A DNA stretch of 64,000 bases from Octopus vulgaris (Eukaryota). Each line of letters starts with the position of its first letter. Position 1 is the first letter of the stretch. This document shows, piece after piece, positions 55,170-64,000 of the stretch. A program made the translations under genes and the position numbers. The notes beneath the pieces were generated by a model. It was given only the letters and a program-made list of their open reading frames with translations. It did not search any database and was not told where the DNA came from. The stretch lies in NCBI GenBank assembly GCA_951406725.2, contig OX597814.1, positions 32,860,001 through 32,924,000 on the forward strand, read 5' to 3'.

Positions 55170-55551
55170 TGCAGGAGTGGCTGTATGGTAAGTTGCTTGC
55201 TTACCAACCACATGGTTCCGGGTTCATTCCCACTGCGTAGCACTTTGGGCAAGTGTCTTCTACTATGGCATCGGGCCGACCAAAGCCTTGTGAGTGGATT
55301 TGGTAGACGGAAACTGAAAGAAGCCCGTCATATATATGTATATATATATGTGTGTATATGTTTATGTTTGTTCCCCCAACATCGCTTGACAACCGATGGT
55401 GGTGTGTTTACATCCCCGTAACTTAGCGGTTCGGTAAAAAAAGGGACCGATAGAATAAGTACTAGGCTGCCAAAGAATAAGTCCTGGTGTCGATTTGCTC
55501 GACTAAAGACGGTGCTCCAGCATGGCCACAGTCAAATGACTGAAACAAGTA
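55170..55551 (+). mobile_element. SINE family D
   Basis: tRNA-like head, CORE-like TTGGGCAAGTGTCTT, tail GGTGCTCCAGCATGGCCACAGTCAAATGACTGAAAC. Confidence 0.88.
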
Positions 55552-55661
55552 CCATCAAAGCTTCGGAGATATTCCTTGTGGTGCTTTCTCATGCCGACTA
55601 CGATCCACGTTCAAATATCACTGAGGTCAGCGTTCCATTCCTCTCGCCGGAGTCTATAAAT

Positions 55662-55892
55662 AATCCAGGCTCATGGGCCCGGTTTCTCGGTTTCTATGAC
55701 GTATGTATTCCCCAGCTGGACGGGACGCCAGTCCATCGCAGCGTTACTCATTTTGTGCCAGGTGTGTGGACTGGAGCAACGTGAAATGAAGTGTTTTGCT
55801 CAAGAGCACAACGCGTCGCCCAGTCCAGGAATCGAAACCACAATCTTCTGATCATGATGCTGACACCCTAACCACTAAGCCACGCGCCTCCA
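55662..55892 (-). mobile_element. SINE with C-type head and tail-3-like end
   Basis: Perfect 15-bp TSD CCGGAGTCTATAAAT at 55647-55661 and 55893-55907. Confidence 0.85.
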
Positions 55893-56745
55893 CCGGAGTC
55901 TATAAATTGAAGTAATATTCAAGTACCGGTGTCAATCAATTATTTAACTGTAAATCAAGTATGATGAAATAAACACTTAACCAAAGCGTTCTGACCATGA
56001 CCATTGCGTCTTATTTTCAGACAACTTATCCACAGCCCAAGCTATATCTTTTTTTTTAAGGTTTAGATGTAGCTTGAGGGGAATCTGACGACTATTTCTT
56101 GCCGGTCATTCTCCCACGTAAACCTGTTACCCTGTTCTTCAGTTTTGTTACATGAAGTAAAGAAAAATAGAGTTAATTTTCTTTCGAAAAGTAGTGAAGC
56201 AAACAAACAGACTCATAAACGAAAAATATATATGATTTAATCGTAGAAAAGGTTCTTTTAATTCAAATAGTCACATTTTCTACGTACGAGTTAAAGTATG
56301 ATAGATTCTCAATAACTCATATTGAAGTTAATAGAAGTATAAATTAAATGTAGCACTGCTGTTTTCATTTCAATGATATGATTTTTATTGTGATGGATAC
56401 TAATCTGTTAACGGATGAAGTCACATAGTATTCATCTCTTTGAGATTTTTTCACGTGTGAATAAGCTTATCTATTCCAATAATCCTCGGGGGCCTTTCCC
56501 GCTAAAGTTACTGCAGTTGGAATTCAATATTGGGACAATCAAAGACAGCCACTTCCTTGATAGCTATACAGACGTAATATCACATCACAGACAATGGATG
56601 CCGAAAGGGAGATATTTTAACCATTTTCTTTCTTCTTTCTTTTCTTGTCTTTTATTTGACAAGAGTTTTTCTTTTTTCGGCATATATTCGATATCACTGT
56701 AAGAATATTAATAGATTATTATTTCGTTTCGTGCAACACTCTTTC

Positions 56746-56816
<71 letters not shown>

Positions 56817-56883
56817 CGTGTGTGTGTATGTATGTGTGATTATATATACTCACGCACATCAGTACATATATACATACATCTCT

Positions 56884-56958
<75 letters not shown>

Positions 56959-57018
56959 TATATATGCATATATGTATATCATATATACACACACATATAT
57001 GTATATATTCTCTTTGGA

Positions 57019-57049
<31 letters not shown>

Positions 57050-57179
57050 TTATATGTGCGAATATATACATATATATATTCCATACATATATGTATATAT
57101 GTATTTGTATGTATATATATGTATATGTATGTATACATATATGTATGTGTATATACATATATGTATATATATATATACG

Positions 57180-57236
<57 letters not shown>

Positions 57237-58461
57237 TAATAAAAGAGTCATATAATAATAATTTGTCCTGTGGCACATATAACGCTTTCTTTTTTCGTCT
57301 GTCAGGCAAGAAGCCAATATGCTGAGAAAACCATTCAATCAATGATTATAGCTCACAGTCATACATTGACTGAACCGAAGATAATTCGTGTCTAATAATG
57401 ACTTGTAGAATTATGACCTGACGGGAAAAAAAGTTTTTCATTTGCATTATAGTTTCCTATAAATTTTGTTACATTGACCAAGAATGCTGTATGAAGAGAG
57501 TTCCATTCGAAAACAAAAACAAAAAAAATAACAAATATAAATGTAGCTTAAGTTACATATTTTGTTATACTTCTTTTTTTTTTCCTTTATTGTTATTGGT
57601 TTTTCTGATTGTTATTTTATTTATTTACTTATTTTTGGGTGAGAATCGTGAACAATTCTGCAGAATTTGTAGATTGACTCTTGAAGGTTAGTACAATATA
57701 AGTTATAAGTTAAGGTGGCAAGGATAAAGAAGTAAAACTTACTCGTAAGCATAATTGGTGGAAAGAATACAAAGAAGAGGTCACATATCAACCAACTGTT
57801 TGAAATAATGTCATGTCTCTTGTATTTATCATGACACAAATACAATAGACCTTACTAAAATTACCCTATCCATTTATACATAGAATTCTGAAGCATTTAA
57901 TTGAAAGCTGACATCAGCCCACTACAATTATATTTGCACCCATTGTTTATATCTTACTTCGTTTCTCCCATTCGGGTCAAATGCCTCAGCTTTAAGTATA
58001 TGTTCGGAAAGCATATGTGAACAATCACATATTGCTTCAGAGCAATAATGTTGGTGGTAAGACTAATCAGCCAAAAGTTTTGGCACCAATACTTGGAACT
58101 GGGAAGCTTTAGAGTTAATCACACTATTACAATTATCCGAGCTGCACTTCTGTTTTCTCCACTTCTAAATTATTCGTGCAAACATCAAACGCGCTAATGC
58201 TCAGAGTGAGCATTCTTTATATCAATCTCACTCTTCTAAGTGGGCTTTCAAATGCCATGTTCACTACACATCCTCTCTCACTAACTTAAGAAATAATATA
58301 GAAAGTAAGGATTGCTGCTAAGGCCTACTTGACAGTTGGTAAGTCTTAGCATTTAAATTAATCTAATCAGTGGACTGTGTTTCGATCCTGGCAGCTGTAA
58401 GCATTGTTTAGTTTATCTAAATTGGGTGTTGTTACAGCCACCACATTTCCAACGGTTCACA

Positions 58462-58504
<43 letters not shown>

Positions 58505-58648
58505 CTTAAGGATGAGTCACAAATGTGTGTGGGAGGTGTACACATCCGCACACACAAACGCAACTTTGTCTTCCTGGTCACCTTTTCTTTTCATCGTTTT
58601 GGGGTGGACAAAATGTGCTGCTCCAAGGTAGTGAATAATGTCATACCC

Positions 58649-58880
58649 ATTTCTTTACTACCCACAAGGGGCTAAACACAGAGGAGGACAAACAAGGACA
58701 GACAAACGGATTAAGTCGATTATGTCGACCCCAGTACGTAACTGGTACTTAATTTATCGACCCCGAAAGGATGAAAGGCAAAGTCGACCTCGGCGGAATT
58801 TGAACTCAGAACGTAACAGCAGACGAAATACCGCTAAGCATTTCGCCCGGCGTGCTAACGTGTCTGCCAGCTCGCCGCCT
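58649..58880 (-). mobile_element. SINE family A
   Basis: TSD ATGTCATACC. Confidence 0.9.
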
Positions 58881-59110
58881 TATATGTCATACCTTATATG
58901 TTTCTTTGTGTTCTGAGGTCAGATCTTGCCGTCACCTATGCCCAGTTGATTACCAACAACTGCTACATTGCGTGCCTTTTCTGAGTCAAATCAGTTGCGA
59001 GTGTTCTGCTTAGTTTTCCGGTGTGAGGATACCTTCCTCCCTCAATCACATTTATTACTCAGTGTATTAAATTATATATGTATGGTATGGTGTATGTGTG
59101 TCTGTCTGTA

Positions 59111-59164
<54 letters not shown>

Positions 59165-60284
59165 CGTGAACAACCCGTGGAAGTGTTATATCAATCAACA
59201 TGTTGGGTTAAAAATTGGTGGGGACAGCTTTGAAAGACAAGCGAGACAAAATAAATTATTCACACACACAACAAAGATCTTTTAAAATGCTTGGCAGAGG
59301 TCTTTTGTAATGCCTGTTAGAGATTGAAATCTTTACCTTTATATTATGTCATTACTGATAAACACCTTTACACACAGAGCCACTTTACATAGGATACTTC
59401 GAATTTCACGTTCTCCATCATCAGATTGGATACGAAAAATACTGTCTTGGTTTCAGAATATTATATTGGTATTTTCGGGAGATAATTCTGATTGATACCG
59501 TCTTCAGTTATGCAATCAGAGCTGATACAGTCGTAAACAACACTTTCTCTTGGCATTATGCAATGTGCATTTTTGTCTTTGTACTCACTTGCTGAAAGTA
59601 AATTACTTCTATTTCTTCTTTCTTCATTTCTTCATTCATAAATATCTACTGTGGTACTTCTGGTCGTTTTAAACTTCCTTGTTCTTCGTAATTTTCCTCT
59701 TCGTTTTTTTAATTCGTTCTTTTAATTCTTCGTTCTTTAATTTTTCATCAGCAATACCAGCAATCATTAACATCGTCATCATTATGACTGTCATTGGCGT
59801 AATCGTCGTAACCGTCATCGTTTGTCCCCTCCTCCTACTCTATCACCACCACCACCTCCCCTCTTCCTCCTTCTTTTTCTCTTCCTCATCATCATCATCA
59901 TCGTCACCGTCAACTTCATCGATTTCTAATTTCCACGATTTGTTTGGATTTTCTTTCTGTATATCGACGCGAATTTTTATTCTTAGATTTGTTTCTTATA
60001 TTTCAAATCAATCTCGATATTTTCTTTATATTTTCTTCTTCCCTCGTTATCACTTTCCCTATTCGTATCTTTACTTCTTTGCCTCTCTTATCTCGTTCTC
60101 TCTTTTTGCAAGACACCTTAAGTGAATCAAAAATAATTTTCCATCAATTTCTAATAACTTACTACTCTCTCATCAATGTCGGTTACTCCCTCAACACAAT
60201 TGCCAATTATAATAAAAAGTTGTGTAGACATTTTGACATTTCAAAATAATTCTCTCCAAGACGTAAAACATTAATAATAATAAT

Positions 60285-60686
60285 AATCCTTTCTACTAGA
60301 GGCACAAAGCCTGAAATTTTGGGGCAGAGGGATAGTCAATTACATCGACCCCAATGTTTCGTTGGTACTTAATTTATCGACCCCTGAGAGGACTGTGGAC
60401 AAAGTAGACCTCGGCGGAATTTGAACTCAGAACGTAAAGACGACGATATACCTATTTCTTTATTAGCCACAATGGGCTAAACATAGAGGGGACAAACAAA
60501 GACAGACATAGGTATTAAGTCGATTACATCGACCCCAGTGCGTAACTGGTACTTAATTTATCGACCCCTGAGAGGACTGTAGACAAAGTAGACCTCGGCG
60601 GAATTTGAAATCAGAACGTAGTGACGACCGAAATACCGCTAAGAATTTCGTCCAGCGTGCTAACGATTCTGCCAGCGTGCTCGCCT
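60285..60686 (-). mobile_element. SINE family A dimer
   Basis: Same two-tail architecture as 36855-37252. Confidence 0.85.
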
Positions 60687-60714
60687 TAATAATGATAATA
60701 ATTATTATTATTAT

Positions 60715-61279
60715 TGCTCTGTGATGTATTTTCAGCTCCAGGCAGTGGCTCTCATGTCTTCTGATCTAAACTAATTGGAAGTGTTATCATGTACATTGTT
60801 TTGTCGTGGTTTAAAAGATGGGCTACAGCAAATATTCTGCTCAAAACCACATATTTGTTTGTTAGTTGTTTGACATTAACCAGTTGAGCATGTCTCTTAG
60901 TGGCTGACGATATGTGCATCTCTGATCACGAACAGAATTAATGGGAGAGCATCATCGCTATTTGTTGAGAGGATTTATTTGGAGTTTGGATAATTCATCT
61001 CTGGAAACATCGATATGTCGTTCAATATCATTAAACAACTCTTATTCAGGAACCTTTTGAGTGGGATGGGCTACTCGACCTGAAGCAAATTCTAACTGGG
61101 CCTCACCTGCTAGGTCATGCGCTCTTAATCTTGATATGAGACCACCATGTCGCACAGATATCGTTGTGATGCATGTATGTGGTGTACCTTTATCAGACGG
61201 GTAGCCAGGATGGGTATACTGCACATCGTATATTTTGCCCCAGTGTTACTTTGATGGCATGTACTGCTCTCGCATTCAG
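60715..61279 (+). mobile_element. AAT-associated non-coding repeat, copy 4 (older)
   Basis: Homologous along its length to 7641-8196. Confidence 0.85.
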
Positions 61280-61559
61280 CAACAACAATAATAATAATAA
61301 TAATCCTTTCTACTAAAGGCACAAGACCTGAAATTTGCGGTGAAGGGACTAGTCGATTATATTGACCCCAGGGAAACACTGATACTTAATTTATCGACCC
61401 CGAAAGGATGAAATGCAAAGACGACGCAGAACGTAGCGATGGGTGAAATACCGCTAAGCATTTCGCCCAGCGTGCTAACGTTTCTGCCAGTTCCCTGCCT
61501 TAATAATAATAATAATGATAATAATAATAAGAAGGAGAAGAATGATGATGATGATGATA

Positions 61560-63530
61560 ATATTTCTTTTATTTGCCACCATGGGGAAGGATGAGGTTGA
61601 AATACAAAGACAGGCATAAATTGTTGGGGTTTACATATAATGTAATGATAAAATAATAAGTATACACAGTATATATTAGGAGATAAGTATTCATAGTATA
61701 TGTCAATAGAAAAAGAGGTGGAAAACAGTGATTGTGGTGTTATCCCCTGATACAGGAGAACCTCTATGGAAATCAAGGAAGCCCAACATCCAAGGACGCG
61801 AGCCCTTTCCAACTTCTTCCGACTCACTGAGAGTGGTACCACCCACTCTTATAATTTTCGCGACTTTCACTCGCCTTTTCATAAATTCACTCGAGGACAG
61901 CACCTCCCTCTCCGACTTCAATTTCCTTTTCAAGAAAAAACTTGAAAACGTCGGCTAGGGCTTTACCAAAGAGGTAAATTTCTGTCCTCATTCCTTTCAG
62001 CTACGTCCACCAAATAACCTATTTCGCCACAGCCATCAGACAAAGGAGGAAAACTGCCTTGCTAGCCTGATTAAAGGAGGGCAGCGAGGTAATCATCATT
62101 ATGGACTCGGCTGACAGACGAATCTGTCCTATACGCGACAGCAGCCGTTCGACATAACTCCACAAGTCAGCAATGACCAGGCACTGAACGAGTGTATGCA
62201 GAACGGATTCGTCGCTCTGCGTGCACCTTGGACAAGCCCGTCTGAAAGTACATCCGTACTCGTAAAGTTTATCTTGAACCGGTAGTGCCCCCCACCCCTG
62301 GTAGCACTGTTAAGCCAAAGACATCTGGAAATTATCCGTAACAGTCCCCGACCGGAAAGATCTCCGGAATAGTCTTGCAAGTTCGTCTTCGTTGACGCCT
62401 AGGGTCTCCCCGAGGATGTTGTCGCACTTCCCTGCACCTAATCCCCTGTAAATTTCTAAAGTGGAAAACCCACCGATCCTATTGCCCCACTTGTAGAGGA
62501 CAGTGAGTGCCCACGGCCTATCCTATACCCAGGACTACAGATTCGTCATGGAGATGAGCTGCGGAAAGGCGTGTCTCACAAACGAAGCCCACACACGTTC
62601 ACCTTCTAGAAATTGCTGCAGGTGGCGCAACCTGAGTGCATGTCGGCGTATTTAAAGTCATATCATGCCTAAGTCACCATGCAAAGGCGGTTAGCAGCTG
62701 ACTGAACGCCTGACCATCGGAATGAGTCCCTTCCACAAGAAAATAAACAGGATACTCTCCAATCTAATCAAGCTGTACCTGGGACAAGGCACGACGGTCA
62801 TACGATAAATAATAACAAAGGCGATGTAGGCATTCGCCACCTCTGCCCGAACTTTCAAGGACAACTTCCTCTCTGCCCATTTCTGGGTAACAGAGATCAC
62901 CCTTTTCGTAACCTCTTCCTAATTCTTATTTACCTGGGGATCAGGACTAAACCAGACGCTGAACAGTTTAACTGGTCCGTCAGTCCAGCATCCAGCGACG
63001 CCGTCCGACGGTGTCGATCTGCCTTTCTGAGTGCCCAGTCGCAATTCCACTGACTTTTCGGCATTAATTTTAGCCCCTACAACCCACAAACCTTCTCTTC
63101 GTAGGCGTCCGACAACATGACAGTGACATCATCCGCGTATGCAGATTCAGCTCTCTCAAATCCAATTTTGAAAGGGAGGCTTCTTAACTGTTCCAACTTC
63201 CACAGCAGTGGCTCGAGAGCCAGCACATACAGAAGGGGTGACAGGGGACAGCCCTGACGGACCTAACGTGCGATACTAAACGGTTCCGATAGGTGGCAAT
63301 TTACCTTGACCACCGAGCAGGTGTAACTGTGCATTGCAGTAATACATCCTCTGAGAACGTGTCCCAAACCGACTGCTTTAAGGACGGCTTCCAAGTAGCG
63401 ATGTTCTACCCTACTGAAAGCTTTCGGCTGATCTAAATTGATCAGGGCCCCACGGAAGCCAGCTTTAGTTCTAGCCCTCTCTACGATGTATCGCATAAGG
63501 TGGAGTGCAATGACACGGAGAAAGAAGAGC
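61560..63530 (-). mobile_element. Decayed Tx1/L1-like LINE: RT, C-terminus and 3' UTR
   Basis: LDQPKAFSRVEH, VRQGCPLSPLLYVLALEPL, AYADDVTV, LSLKVRAEV, FLWKG; tail CCCCATGGTGGCAAATAAAAGAAATA next to (GAT)n. Confidence 0.88.
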
Positions 63531-64000
63531 TGAACGATCAATGGATCACAGTAACAAAAGGGGGAAGCGAAAGAGGAGGAGAGTACATAGCTTTACTCCA
63601 AGAAATCAACAAAAACTTATTCTGAAACCATAGCTGCAACACAATTCACACGACTCCAACAAAAACAACAAGAACAAGATCAACAATTTCAAAAACAGCA
63701 ACAGTATCAAAATCACAGAAAAAACAGAAACAACGAATTACAGAACTTCAAAAATATTCATCAGACCGTAGACGAAATGTATCCATCAATTTCACTGTTG
63801 TGAACAAGTGTAACAGTGATCTGATGGATTTTGTAAGTCAAAACAAACACAAATTAGAGACAGAGAGAAAGGAATTTGAGTATTTCATCCTCAAAACGCC
63901 ACAAGACAGTCTTTCAATTAAAACGTCATTAGACGTTTATAAAACTACAATAAAAAAAAATTCCCAGGTAGTGTGAGACTGCTACGTCGATTATTAGACA

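Noticed and set aside
57956-59592. Possible minus-strand exons (SYHQHYC...NGRNE; SEYKDK...PKIPI)
   Set aside because: Splice-like signals are common in AT-rich DNA; no homology or consistent gene model
63531-64000. Thr/Lys/Gln-rich + strand frame, possibly a LINE ORF1 C-terminal remnant
   Set aside because: No diagnostic motif inside the window

Overview
Repeat-dominated, AT-rich eukaryotic DNA with no recognisable host protein-coding gene. The SINE repertoire and the dense (TA)n/(AAT)n/(GATA)n/(CA)n microsatellites look like an octopus/cephalopod intronic or intergenic region (inference from recalled repeat families). Almost all ORFs in the track are microsatellite or SINE translations. Supportable content: (i) Penelope-like elements (PLEs): a 5'-truncated RT + GIY-YIG copy at 40962-45363 with an inverted pseudo-LTR, an older decayed copy at 32745-35500, and small non-coding hairpin derivatives, several carrying type I hammerhead ribozyme motifs (clearest at 27665-27726, 41069-41146 and 45264-45341); (ii) a U6 snRNA copy fused to a CR1/L2-like LINE 3' tail; (iii) Tx1/L1-like LINE fragments, one apparently ORF1-only; (iv) R4/Dong-like restriction-endonuclease LINE fragments and a non-coding ~560-bp element found only in (AAT)n; (v) a decayed mariner; (vi) many tRNA-derived SINEs built from interchangeable heads and tails. 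Two small splice-flanked unique segments (6959-6992, 13081-13147) may be host exons but are unconfirmed.
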